Source of the DNA: Vicugna vicugna
Taxonomy: Eukaryota
Assembly (NCBI GenBank): GCA_013265495.1
Contig: MU058337.1
Location: 4,148,880 to 4,212,879 of the forward strand
Direction: 5' to 3'
DNA: 64,000 bases
Shown here: in pieces, positions 12,612-25,520 of the stretch
How positions within the stretch are numbered: position 1 is the first letter of the stretch
How the letters are laid out: the number at the start of each line of letters is the position of its first letter
The notes under the pieces: generated by a model
The model's input: only the letters and a program-made list of their open reading frames with translations
What the model was told of the DNA's origin: nothing
The model's database searches: none
Position numbers and translations under genes: made by a program

Positions 12612-13092
12612 AATAAAATGAAGTGATGACAATGAACCTCAAAACTAGATCATAAAAAAGGTCCTGCCTTTTCCATAGTGTCATCTCGTTCTCTCTGTCT
12701 CTCTCCCTTCCTCCCTCCCTCCTTCCATCCCTCCTTCCATCTCTCTCTCTCTGTCCCCAGTTGCTGGCTGTGGGGAAGCCAAGTGCCATGTCATGAGGAC
12801 CCTCAGGCAGTCCTGTTGGACAGTCCCACATGTGAGGAACTGAGGCCTCCTACCAACAACCTTGTGAATGAGCCATCTTGGTAGCAGGTCCTCCAGCCCT
12901 CGTCAGGCCTTCAGATTGACTGCAGCCCCACCCCAGCACTTGACTGTAACCTCAGGAAGACACTGAGCAGAACGCCCAGCTAAACTGCTCCCACTTCCTA
13001 ACTTACAGAAACTATGGGATATAAAAAATGTCCATTGTTTTAGGCCATTAGATTTTTAGAGTAATTTGTTATACAGCAACAGATAACTAATG
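12612..13092 (+). mobile_element. MaLR LTR (MLT1F-like) with an internal CT-rich expansion
   Basis: 'ggggaagccaagtgccatgtcatgagga...gaggaactgaggcctcctaccaaca...gtaatttgttatacagcaacagataactaat'. Confidence 0.85.
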
Positions 13093-15522
13093 ATAACAAC
13101 TAGCAGTAACTAATAACTAATAGACAACTATTAGATAACTGAGCCATTTCCCAATGTCTAAATTCTAAATACATTTCAAGATCCAGATTAAACCCCACTT
13201 CTTCCACAAATCTCTCCTTGCCCACCTGGCTAGAAACAGTGCCTAAAATCATATCCAACTGGATCTCACCTCTCTTGTAGAATTTCATATCTCTATTACA
13301 GTAACAAGTATGATCTGCACAATTTTCTCCCTTATTAGAGGCTAAGTCCCCCGGGGATCTGGTTCCACACTTCCCCTCTTATCTCAGCACAGGAGGCAGG
13401 TGCATTTAAAAAAAAAAATCAGTAAATAGTTGTTGAGAGAAAAAGCAACCCTATTCTAAATGAATTCTTTCCTTGCTTCAAGTCTGTTTGCGCTTATTGT
13501 GATTTTGGTAAGGAGTTACGTACAACTAAAGAAGCGAAACACAATATAAGAAGTATTTAATTCCTTCATAACTCTTACAAAAGGAAAGAACTGCTCAGAG
13601 AAAAATAATTAGCATAATCAAATTCACCAAGCAGATCAGGTAAGGGGAATTAAAATCACCAAAACTGATACAGAATGCAATTAGAGGCATGGAAATCAAT
13701 TGAGAGATGACCATGGTCCTAACCAAATAACATAGCCCTCACCGATGTTTTCCCAACTGAAGACAGAAATTTTTCTCTTTCATGTAGATAAAGAGCTGAC
13801 ATCACTCCTCAGGCCACTTCCACACTCCTCGCTGTGGCCTCTGATTGGCTTTCTACGAGATTAGCTAAGAATCAACAGCAACATATGAAGAATGAATAAC
13901 CATTTTTGATTGTTTGTATCTAAAATCCAGGCTTCCCGTTTCCTCTGAGTAATGGAAAATGTGAAAACTGATTATGAACTGAAACGTTCAGAGCATCTGG
14001 CTTTTAAAACTGAAAGCACAAAACTCGTTATGCTTTGCCGGAGCTCCCTAGACAGAATTACATAAAGAGAAGGAATCATGCTGCCAGCCCTGGTCTTTGC
14101 CACTGGTAAGAGGCTGTGCTGTCAGAGCCCATCTCTCTGCTTCTTTTGACCCATTTCTAACGTGTCTATTATCAACCAACGCTCAGCAGTCAGGGAAGCT
14201 CAGATTCAGGAGGCAAGCGTCTTAGCAGGCAAACCATAGAAATCGCTTATGCAACCAGATTTGATCCTTGATCTGAAGCAACCACAATAAACCTATTGAC
14301 ATTTTGTACAGGGATAATTGGTTTTATAGTAAATCAGTACCCATTTACAGATTATTGGATACTGTAAAACAACTAATATGCTATTTACGCGTGGACCATT
14401 AACGCATTCTTGACATGTAAGACACCCACTGAGCTGGCTCCCTTTCTCTAAGCAACGGTGACAACAAAAATAGCAGGGAGTTTCTGAGCTGCTGTGGCTC
14501 CTAGCTTGCTCTCAAATGTCAAGAAACATTTTTTTTTCCAGTTCAAAATTCAAATAAGTTTTCGAAAAGTCAGACTCTTTGTTTCCAAACTGTATCCTTA
14601 GACTTTTAACTTCTGCTAGTCCCACTGTCTGCTCCCAAAATGGGGGTCAAATTTCAAGAGACTGGAAACCCTTGGAGCAGCAGCAGTCACACTGCCAAGC
14701 CTGGGATTACAGAGCAACTCTGCATTATTTTCTACACTAGGTAAATGAAATAAAGGTTTAGGCAATAATTCAGGGCATTTAATCAATGTTAGTCATCAAC
14801 TTGAGTGATTCAAGACAGTATAATTTTAGTCCTTGGTAGTAAAAGTTTCCAGCCTGGATTTTTTCCAGATAAATAACTCTCTATTTCTCTTTGTCACTAT
14901 GAACAAAGCTTTAGGAAAAAACTTTACTTTTATTTTTCATTAGATATACCAGCCATTCACATTACCACTCTTAACAGAAGCACGTACTAACCAAACCAAA
15001 CCAATGGACTCTCATACAGTATTGTTATTAATTTTCCTTATGAATAGTGAAATAGGCTCTCCCCATGTCTGGCCTCTTGGTCAGTTCAATCCACTCCTCC
15101 CTGAGCCCTGGGGAATCTTAGCTGACCAAACACAGTCATGGATGGAAGCAATGCTTGTCATAACACAACTTCCCTGAAATGGAAATGAGAAGGGCTAGGG
15201 TAACAGGAAAACAACCAAAACAACCACACAACTATTACTGAGAAGGGAGTCAAGACAGAGGAACATGTCGCAGAGGAAATACACGAGAACTCAGTGAGTT
15301 AATTCAATGTCCCCCACAGGTGTCTGGAAGACATTATAGGAAAGCAGCTCTGTGTACCTATATATGGAATAAAAGATACTGGCCAGATGTGATTCTGTGA
15401 GGCTGGTTTTTCTTTTAATCACTTTTTGGAACAAGATAAACCTAAAATAGTTTCAGCATAAGAGAAAATTCAGTATCACATTGACCTGCTGATTGCCGTC
15501 CATTTGAGCGAGTCACTATCAC

Positions 15523-15640
15523 AAGGTCACTGTATATCCTGGCTGGCCTGGGATCCTGCCTGCTGTCCTGGGTAACAACAGTGTCACCTTTTGCTCTCAA
15601 AAGTGTACCAGTTGAGACAAAGGAATAATTTGGTGACCCT
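15523..15640. mobile_element. hAT-Blackjack MITE (MER94-like)
   Basis: Terminal inverted repeats aaggtcac / gtgaccct; internal 'ctctcaaaagtgtaccagtt'. Confidence 0.7.
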
Positions 15641-15656
15641 AATTTTTAGTGGGTAA

Positions 15657-15807
15657 TTTTTTTTTACATTTTTTATTGATTCATAATCATTTTACAGTGT
15701 TGTGTCAAATTCCAGTGTTCAGCACAATTTTTCAGTCATTCATGGACATATTCACACTCATTGTCACATTTTTTCTCTGTGATTTATCATAACATTTTGT
15801 GTATATT
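15657..15807 (-). mobile_element. 5'-truncated young camelid-type L1 3' end
   Basis: Poly-T then 'tttattgattcataatcattttacagtgttgtgtcaaattccagtg...cacaatttttcagt'; reverse complement closely resembles 8651-8855. Confidence 0.85.
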
Positions 15808-16876
15808 ATTTTTAGAGGTGAAGAATGAGGACATAATAAATACATGTATAACCTTAAAACCATCTCAGCTGGTTCCCTCATTCTGATATTCCTCAGTCTT
15901 GGTGGGAGTAGCCGGTATAGTCACTTACTTACGGTTTCTCAGCAACCTTCAGCCTGAACTTTCTAACCCAGCTCACACACACACACACACTCAATATTGT
16001 GGTGCTGCCTTTAAGTATTTGCCCAAACCATTCCCCAAACAAGAATTGGCTCTTGTCTGCCAGTCCGTGTATCACTTTATCCAATGCCAAGATCAAAACT
16101 CACTTGCTCACTTGGTCTTACTGATCCCTCTTCAGTCCACCTCACTGGAGGCAAATCCTAGAGGTAAAATACACTGCTCAATTCCTCTTACATTGATTTG
16201 CTCAGAAAGAGCTATAACTTGGATTGAATATAGACAAACAGTGGCAAAATACATCGCCCAAACCCTGTGTGCTTGAGAAAATTCTGGGTTCTGGCCAGGA
16301 GCTCCAGTGCACTTTGGGCGGCAGAGGCTCAGAGAACATGTCCATCTGGCGGACTCACAGCATCCCCACCCCTCTGCTCGAAGGGCACTGTGCTGGGTAC
16401 TGTCCAGGCACAAAGAAAATTCCTGGGCCTCATTTTTCTCATCCATTTTTAATTTCTTTTCTTTTGCTGTAAACTCCTGTAAGCCTTCTTAAATCCTTCT
16501 GCCACAAGATGGGAAACACCCAAATCATCAAAGATGGTTCTTGCCTGCTTAGATCTCAAAATGTGGAAGAACAGGGTAAACAGAAAGCACGGAGCTGTAG
16601 CACAGAACACGAAACAATAAGCACCTTGAAATAGACACAACGTGCTGCTCAGGTTCCAAAGAAGGAAGACATCGCCCCCCTGGGGAGGGCAGGTGGTGGA
16701 TGATGAGACAGAAGAATCGGATTTGGACAGTGGATGGCGGTGGAACTGGGTTTTGAGATTTGATAACGGCAGGGAGATTGAGGCGGAGGGTTGGGCCATC
16801 CAGGTGAGAACAGCATAAATAAAGAAACAGAGGTTAGAATAAGGAGCGTGTGATTGGGCTAAAATAGTAACTCACA

Positions 16877-17088
16877 GATACTAACTAATATATATAAAAT
16901 AGATAAACCAGTTTATACCATATAGCACAGGGAACTATATTCAATATCTTGTAGTAACTTATGGTGAAAAAGAATATGAAAATGAAAATATGTATGTTCA
17001 TGTATGACTGAAGCATTGTGCTGTATACCAGAAATTGACACAACATTGTAAACTGACTATACATCAATAAAAATTAAACACAAACAGA
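16877..17088 (+). mobile_element. 5'-truncated camelid-type L1 3' end
   Basis: Same family as 852-1094; TSD aaaatagtaactcaca (16861-16876) / aaaacaataactcaca (17089-17104). Confidence 0.88.
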
Positions 17089-17160
17089 AAAACAATAACT
17101 CACATCAGCAGAATGACTATTTAGGAGTTAAAACTCGTCCTATCTAAAAAGGGTAGACTT

Positions 17161-17310
17161 TTTTTCTTTTTTTTTTTAATTGAAGTATCGTCAGTGTCCA
17201 ATGTGTCAGTTTCTGGCACACAGCATCACGTTTCAGTCATACATGTACATATGTATATTCCTTTTCACGTTCTTTTTCATTAGCAGTTACTATAAGATAT
17301 CGAATACAGT
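17161..17310 (-). mobile_element. 5'-truncated camelid-type L1 3' end
   Basis: Poly-T then 'aattgaagtatcgtcag...ttactataagatatcgaatacagttc'; degenerate TSD tctaaaaagggtagactt (17143-17160) / tctaaatagagtagattt (17311-17328). Confidence 0.85.
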
Positions 17311-20114
17311 TCTAAATAGAGTAGATTTTTGATATGCCTGTTTTGTCTGGGGAGTTCAGACTGAGAAAAGAAAATGTATGTGTTCATAGTATTTGTCATT
17401 GAAAATGTCCACAATTACCAGATGCTCACTTACAAATGCAGGGACTGAAGAGCCCCTGTGTCCACACACACGATGGCTGCTTTCTGCTCAGGCAGAGAGA
17501 AAATCAGGCAGGAGAGCCACCGGCTTACTCTCTAGCAAAGATTCAAATTTCGTGTGTGAGATCCACACCCCTGTAGAATTCCATGTTCGAGTCTGGCAGC
17601 TCTGATCTGGGGTCACACTTCCCGGCTTAGATCAGGCTGCATGTGCGGATCAGATGCTGGCGGGAAGGGGAGAACCGGCGACGCAATTACTACACTGAAG
17701 CCGACATACTATAGCATCTTCTGGACTCAGTGACAGGGTCTTGGTGACAGGTTTCCCCACCCTAAGAGTCAATCACTTTGACTGACGCACAGAACTGCTC
17801 ATCTCTCTCCTCCCCGGGGAGGGAAAGGGGAATCAAGTGCAATATTGGAGAGTAAAAAGTGGTTTTATACTCATCATCTTAATTTTCTGTGATGGAGAGA
17901 GAAGGGAAGAACGAGAATCCTAAGTGGCAGAGAGAAGTTCAAGGTTAATTTGATTGGCAATATATGAAATGCCACTTACCTCGGGCCATTTCAAATTGCC
18001 CCTCATTCTCTCCACAGTAAATGAAAAGATTCTTTCCGAAGACGGGGCATCAGCGGATAATGGCAGCTATTACATATTCATACACCACTTTACATTCGGT
18101 AGCTTCCTTGGCAGGAATTCTTACAAGGCTGTCTTCACAGATGCCATAGTGGAAAGGTGAGGTAGGGACTGGGTGCTTTTTACTGGACAGAGGCACAGAG
18201 GCTGGACAGTACGCGGGGAAGCGAACCACACCTGTGCTCGGCAGGTGATCTCTGCCTGCACCGTCTGCGTGCTGGGAGATGCGCTTTCCAAAGACCGCGT
18301 ACTTGACACGTTATTTAAGAACCATGTGCGTAAGCCACAGTTTTAACAACAGGGAGTATTTCTCAGGGCTGGGAGCAGGAGGATGACAAAAAAATCACTT
18401 GTGCCTTAAAACATAACGAGAGACAATTCTCTTTTCTACATGAAGGGTGATTTCCTCATCCTAGAGGAAATGAGAAAGTAAAAAAAAAAAATTGAAGGAT
18501 TTAAAAAAAACAGCAAAAGTCATAAATTTTAACATGCAGTTGAGTTCCCAAGAGGTGATGCAACCAAAGCACGTTCCTCTAGAATACAGTGTCAAAGAAA
18601 CTAGGGTTAGACCAATCCGACACTCGCCTGCTGTCTAGTACGCACGCGGTGCGACGCTGGTCAGTTCACCCCCGTTTAAGCCAGCTTATTCTGCACAGCA
18701 AAGATTCAGCCACAGACAGAGCTCCTAAAAGCAGCCCTAGGAGACCTGAAAAGTAAATAGGGGTGGCTCGATGTACGCCATCCCAACTTAGGAAGAAATG
18801 GAGAGGACAGAGATCACTCAGGCGGGACCATTAACTTCACATTTTTCGACCGTGACCTCCCTCTGTCTCCCCCTCCCTCCCTCCCTCTCTCTCTCTCCTC
18901 TCCCTCTCCCCAGTTATTCAGTGACATGGCCAACTGCTGAATTGCTTTTCATGATTAACTCTCTTCTTTCAAGGTCAATGATGACTTATCATGATGACAA
19001 GGTAAAGCACAATTCAGATAAACCTTGAAATGTTGACCTAGCCTAAGTTCAGGGTAATTAAAAGGTGTGCCTATGCCTGCGCCAACTGTTTGAAGCACAT
19101 TTGCTAGAAACCTAATGTCTGGGAACTTCCCCCGAACATCTGTTCGTGGGTTTTCTTCCCAGGACTGTCGTTCAGGGCAATTTTCATAAAGCTCTAAAAA
19201 TCTGCCTGATATTCATGATGGCAAATAAGTTGGAGCTGATTTTTTTTAATTAACTTTAAATAACAATTTCTGATTTTAAATTAGGAGAAAAAGACTTTCT
19301 GTTTATATGCTGCATAAGGTGAATTCAAATACTTTAGGTAAATGACCGCCCGGTGGGTGGAGTCTGTGTTCTGACACACCGTGGCATTTCCTGAAAATTG
19401 TTCCTGAGAGTTATTCTGACCACAACTGTTTTCAGGGCAATTGATTTTTTATTACTAATGGGACTGGCGCTCCCAAATGCATAATGTAGAGAGAGAGAGA
19501 AAATCAGAGCGAGAGGAGGCATTCCCACTGGAACTATTCTAGAAGAGTCTTGCCTCCCCACCTCTAGACATCATTCCAGGATGCCAGGATGCATTTTGGC
19601 TGTTTACGTCTTGCAGGGCACTCCAGGGCATTGCTCAAAGAACAAGAGGCACAACTCTGACTCTAAGAGAACAGTCGATTCATCCAAGTTCAGCAGTGCA
19701 TCAGCTGGAAGTGGCAGAACTTGAACAAGGAAACCCACAAAGAAACAGGAGTGTGTCTGAGTAAACTAAATTCACTTTGGAAAGAAAAAGTCTATCTAGG
19801 GGTTTGTGATTCAAAATATAGAAATGTCTAAAACAAACAAACAAATAAATAATAAAATAAAATACAGAAATGTCTAAAATAACTGTGCCACCCAGAGTGG
19901 GAAGACCAAAAAGGAGTGGGCAAACGGACCTATGTTCTGAGATGAAACTTGCCGGGGTAATGATGTTGGAGGTCTGCTCTACCTCCGACAGACCCCGGGG
20001 CCAGGGAGCAAGTTCAATTGCAGCTTCCATATCATTCTGTGGTTTCTCCAGTGCTCGGGCTCAGCTGCAACAATAACGTTATCTCTCAGGCTATTCTCCA
20101 AATTTTAAAAAACT

Positions 20115-20245
20115 GTTACTCATCTGTAAAATGAAGACCATAATCCCTCCGTGCTAGGGCTGTGGGCAATCGTAAGAACACGAAGCTCAGCACCCTGCCT
20201 GGCGTGCGGTGAGCTCTCAACACATTAACGCTCTTATCATTCCTG
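20115..20245 (+). mobile_element. MIR SINE 3' half
   Basis: Core 'ctcatctgtaaaatg' and 'agcaccctgcctggcgtgcggtgagctctcaa'. Confidence 0.7.
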
Positions 20246-21444
20246 TCGTGAGTATCACTTTTCACTCTGAGGTGTTTAGCTGGGAACTGACGTTACTGGA
20301 ACAGATGTATACTTCACCATAATCCGTCTTGTCCGTTCACCTCCACCCAAAGAGTATGTGGTGCGTCCATCCTATGTTCTAGGGGCCGGAGAGGCAGGGG
20401 GGCTAAACCGCAGGTGATCAGAGTCAGGTGGATGGAAGACCAATCGTGGCTGATGGGGTTCTGAGCCTTCAGACCAGCCCAGGCAGTGTCAGTGTACAAC
20501 CTCAGAGGCTTTGACAGCCCCAGCTTCTAGAGAAAAATGAGTTATTTGGGGGAAAACAGTTAACAAACAAAACTTTTGTTTTCGCAAACCTAGGTCTCTC
20601 TCTAAGTAGCCAGGTGTACTCCAAGTAAATATGAGCCACAGAGCAATGTAAGAGGCCCATTTGGGAGAAGCTGTGAGCATCTTGAAGTCAGGAAAATAAA
20701 AATATGAGTTCACTTAATGGAAAGACAGCCCCAGGCAGCACTAAGCCATTAGGACTGATGGCTATTCCACGGCAAAGAACTCGAAAGGTGAAAACAAGCA
20801 CCTTCCAGCTCTGTCCTGGGTTTAGTCACATCGATCCACACCCACGCCCGTTTTCACACTCTTTCTATTCCCAGGCTGTCCTGCGATGCACATTTGACTC
20901 CAATACACACACGTCAGCAGCCCTGCCAAGGCCTTCAAGTACATGTAGATGTTCTAAATGATAAGCAAGTGCTTGCATTAACTTAAGCTAACACATGAAG
21001 TCTTAAGGGGAAAAAATAGACTACATGACTACTTTTGTGGTCTTTAATACTGACAACGTTCTTCCTGCCTTTAAAACATTCTTTTTGATATCATTCCCTA
21101 AAACAGCCCGATTTTATTTACACTAAAAATTAGCTGTGCACAATGCCATTGTCTCCTTACTTACTTATAACATTTCAGGATAATTTTTGCTGCTTTTATA
21201 GTGACACTAGCCTTCCCAACCTCTCACTTCTACATTTTGAACATTGGTACAAATTTTAAATCTATTGAACCACCCAAGGCTAAACACAGCGTTGCATTAA
21301 AAATCTTGCACTTTCCTTGTACATAATTGACAACAATTCTTTGTTTTAATTATCATTTAAACATACCTCATACATTTAAAAATTTCATTCTTCATCTACA
21401 TTATTGTTAATTTTCCATTTAGATTTTGTTTTTTAAGTGCTCAA

Positions 21445-21483
21445 AAAATCCATCCTAATGCCAAAATCCATCCTAATGCCAAA
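21445..21483. repeat. Perfect 18-bp tandem duplication
   Basis: aaaatccatcctaatgcc x2 (21445-21462, 21463-21480). Confidence 0.95.
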
Positions 21484-21564
21484 GTAGGAGTTATTTATGA
21501 AATGGAAATGCTACCAGTAATGTGGATAAAGAATGAAATTTAATAGCGAATTGTAGGACTTTGT

Positions 21565-21780
21565 AAGTATCTGGCAGAAAGTAAAGCACTTGATACGTAT
21601 CATCTCATTTAATCTTTAGGACAACCTTCTAAGGTGCTGGTGTCATCACACCCATATTACAGATGAGAAACTGAGGCTGGGAGACATTAAGCCATTTGAC
21701 AAAGGTCACACAGCTAAGAGACAAAATTCAGAACCCCCATCTGTCTCACTCCAGGAACAAAACACAAGCATTACACCACG
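21565..21780 (-). mobile_element. MIR SINE
   Basis: 'atctcatttaatct...ttacagatgagaaactgaggct...aaggtcacacagcta'. Confidence 0.85.
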
Positions 21781-23079
21781 GGCAGAAAATTTTACATGCT
21801 TCTTTATGCACATGCTTTTGTGCAAAATACTTCTCAACACTGAGATAGCCAAAGGAAATCCACACACAATGGAATAAAAGCTTTGGCACTTTGCAGCCTC
21901 TTTAAACTTTCATTTTTTTTTCCCTTCTAATATACCCCTTGCTATTGCTGGGTTTCCATTCAGTCACAGTCAGAATGCCATAAAGGAGGTAATAACTCAA
22001 ACGATACTGAAGTAACACTTGCAGCCATAGCAAAAAAATCCCTGAGCAAAACAGAACAACAGGAAAGCAGAGTCAAAAGGCCTTCGCCCTGTGGTGGCTG
22101 CTGCCTGCCCAGCGCCCTGGCTTCGCGACAATCAGCCACACACCACACAGCGACAATTTCCATCTCTGAGATGTCATTACCGGCCTCCTAGAACAATCTG
22201 TGTAAGGTCATATTTGCATAAGTCAAGTGTTCCACAGGCTGTACAGCGTCTTTACCTAATGCAGGATTAAATCACTGGCGTGGACCGTAATCAGCCCACC
22301 AGATTGCCGTAAATGCCAGCCAGCTTTCACTTAGACAGAGTGGCTGGAACGTGGAAGGAGTGAGGCAGAGAAGTGAATTTCCAGAAGCCCTGGCTTTCTG
22401 CCTCAGGCCCAGTTAGAGGGGCCACAGGTCTTCAGTCTTTCCCTTAACCAGCGTGACTTCACTTCTGTCTGTTCGGTGTGCTGGAGTTTCAGGCATGATT
22501 TGACTGGAAAGAGTATTTGATGCTCGGTAGGAAGTGGGAACACGGTGAATTCAGGGCAACTCCTACCTTAAACACTCACATGTGGATGGTACTGAAGCAA
22601 GATTTAGTATCTTACTCAAGATTTGGTATCTTGCCCAATGAGTCAAGGCTGGAAAGTGTCAAAACCTAGACTGGAACCCCAGTGCTCAGATTCCTGGTCC
22701 AGTGCTCAACTCAGCACAGCTTGAACCTTCATCCCTCACTTCCGCTGCTTTCCACCCCACCCTGGGATGTCCATGATTTTTTTCTCCAATTCTGGTAAGT
22801 GCCTAAATGTAAGAGGTCCTCAGGTGATTCCTGCATTCAGCCTTTAAAAAGTGGGCAGATCTATGAGCCAGATCAGGCCCCGGGCCTTTGGTGAAACTTG
22901 CCTGCTTCCAAATCCTGTATTACACGTCCAAGCACGTACGTGGTCATCTTTCCAGCCTAATCCCTTCAGCAAGCACAGTCTGCAGCACTCTAGACTTTAC
23001 CAAGTGCGTGCACATATTTTGTCTCCATGTAGAAATTGGCCCTTTGGCAGAGAGGTGGGAAATTATTTACTCTACTGAG

Positions 23080-23255
23080 AATGTTGAATTTTATGGTTAG
23101 ATAGGGCTTTCCTGATGACCCAGTCCAACTCTTTCAGTCTACAAGTGAGAAAACTGAGATCCAGAAATGTTAAATGATGTCATAACGTCTTGAGTATCTA
23201 AGCCAAGACTGAAGAGCAGGTCAACTGATTCCTGGCACCTCTCTCACCACGCATT
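23080..23255 (-). mobile_element. MIR (MIRc/MIR3-like)
   Basis: 'cagtccaactctttcagtctacaagtgagaaaactgagatccagaaatgttaaatga'. Confidence 0.6.
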
Positions 23256-23449
23256 CCAGCCCTGTGTGGTCAAACCCAGTGACTTCAGTGGGCCATCACG
23301 TTCTTGAAGATTTTGATGGCCCCACTGGTGGCTGAACACATTACCTGGCGTATGCATGCTTGGTGGTGCAAAGCAGTTATTTGGGTAACTATATGAGTAG
23401 CTCTAGGCACCTCGAGGCACTTTCACTACATTCTCACAAATCCTCCTGC

Positions 23450-23655
23450 TTTCCTTCCTAGCACTGATCACAGTTTTGAGATATTTATTTCTATTTATTT
23501 AATGCATCTATTTGTTTATTTGCTTAATACCTTTCCCTCCCATGAAAATATAAGCTCCATGAGGGCAGCTGTTAGTTCTGTCTTGTTTAACGTTACTTCC
23601 AGACCCTCGCACGATGGCTAGAACACTGCGGAGGCTGAATGAAGGAAGGAAGGAA
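23450..23655 (+). mobile_element. L2 3' end
   Basis: 'taagctccatgagggcag...tgtcttgtt...' ending 'tgaatgaaggaagg'. Confidence 0.65.
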
Positions 23656-25339
23656 TTTCACAATGCCTTGAAAATATTTCTGTTGCTACACATATAGTAT
23701 TTAAACCGTGCATTTGTGTCTTCATAAACTAGGAGCTTCTTGAGGGTAGTGTTTGTGCCCTGTTATGTTGGCAACACCTAGCTCAGACCTTATTAATACA
23801 AAGAAGGCTGTTGATAAATATTTATTCATTCATTATTAAAATCTAATGATCCTGGACATGGAATAGGAACTCAAACACACTTACTAATTGTTTAACTGAT
23901 CAATTAATTGATTGATTGATAAAGCTCCATCAAAATCAGATGTTTTCAGGGTGACATTTTTACAGAGCCACCTCTCCATCACAAAACCTAGGTTTCTGTT
24001 TTTAATGAGAACCCAAAGATGTGTATTTGTAATAGGATTCCTCTGAGTTTTATTCTTCCATCTTCCTTTTCCTCTCTACTAGTTAAAATCAAAATAGATC
24101 CATTTTGTGGAATAACTTTGGACTTCTGTTCAGGACGCTGAACAAAGGTGCATCACTCCAGAGATTAGAACAGCCTTCCTCTATATCCGTCATTTCAAGT
24201 TCACCAATTCATAATTTCAGAAACCAAAAAGGAGCCAAAGTTCAGGACAAGTACTTATGACAGTGAGCATCACAGTATGCAATAAAACGGTCACAGAGCT
24301 ACTGTTGATTGGATTTGAGAAAGTCATTCCGAGTAGGGCTCAAGGCTAAATGGATCATGAGGAATGCCTTGGATTTGTGTGTACCTTTTAAGAACATCTT
24401 TGAAAAGCAGGTGACAGCTGTGGAAAATGGAACACACACACATTCACATAGTGCCTCTCCACTAATGTTTTGGCTTTCCTTTTGAAATGTTAACAACGTC
24501 TCTTCTACAAAATGGAACATAACAGAGACAGTTTCTCAACAGCTGCTGAGGAATGAGAAAGCAACAGGTGTTAGTCTTTGATCTTTCCCCCATACTCTGG
24601 GTGGAATGAAAAGAATATGCTCTTTTTCGCAACCAGTGAGTCTATGGACACCTGAGCACCGTAGCGTCCATCTGCTGTTAGCCCTGTGCTCAGGAGAAGT
24701 GAGGAATCAATGGAAAATTGAGACCTGCCACTGCTTTCAAACACTTCATTTCACATAACTGTTTTACCCTCTTCCTCCACCATACACCTTGCTAAAATGA
24801 TACTTAAGCCACTTTCTTTCCATGTTTCTGTCCATCTTTGGTGAAGGAGTTTAAATAGCATGACCTAAACTTAAGGTCATTGATTTTAAGTTTCATTACC
24901 TGCATTCCCCTGGTAACCAAAGCTTAAAAAGTGACAATGACAGCAAGGATGATGAGATGGAGAAACTGAACACTATGACAATCCTGTGTCCTTGACTGAG
25001 GTGATGGGCTGAGACACCTCCACACCCCCAAGAGCACAAGCTCATCAAAACCCATCTGTGTGTCCCATGGTCAACATCTCCGAGTCATCACAAGGAGGCA
25101 CGTGTGCTCTGTCTCTTCTGGTAACCCAGGCAACCTGCAGACACACCACATTTGAGATGCCCATGATTTCAAAATGTGTTCGACTAACCACTTCAAGTCT
25201 AAAGCCCAGGACTGTCCCTCACAAACTGTAGCGACGTGTACGGATATGAAGACCCAGCACATCTGACCTGCGTTAACTCACAAGTGTGAGATAAAACCAA
25301 AGTGAGAATCCAAGTTCTGGTATCTGACCAGATCTGAGA

Positions 25340-25520
25340 AGGAAGGACAGAGCCAGAGAACTCGATGGAACCTAAACAAGATTTTCATCTCCAGCCTTGC
25401 ATTTTGAAAAATTGTCATCGAGAGATGAGACTTGCTCAAGGTCACAGAGCAGTGAAGAGCAGAATTGGGACAAGAACCCAGGTCTCACAGAGTCTTGTAT
25501 TATATTCTTCCCATCACAGT
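25340..25520 (-). mobile_element. MIR (MIRc-like)
   Basis: 'gacttgctcaaggtcacagagcagtgaagagcagaattgggacaagaacccaggtct'. Confidence 0.65.

Noticed and set aside
18050..18052. Selenocysteine interpretation of the in-frame TGA next to Cys
   Set aside because: The context matches no selenoprotein family I know, and no SECIS element or linked 3' UTR was identified.
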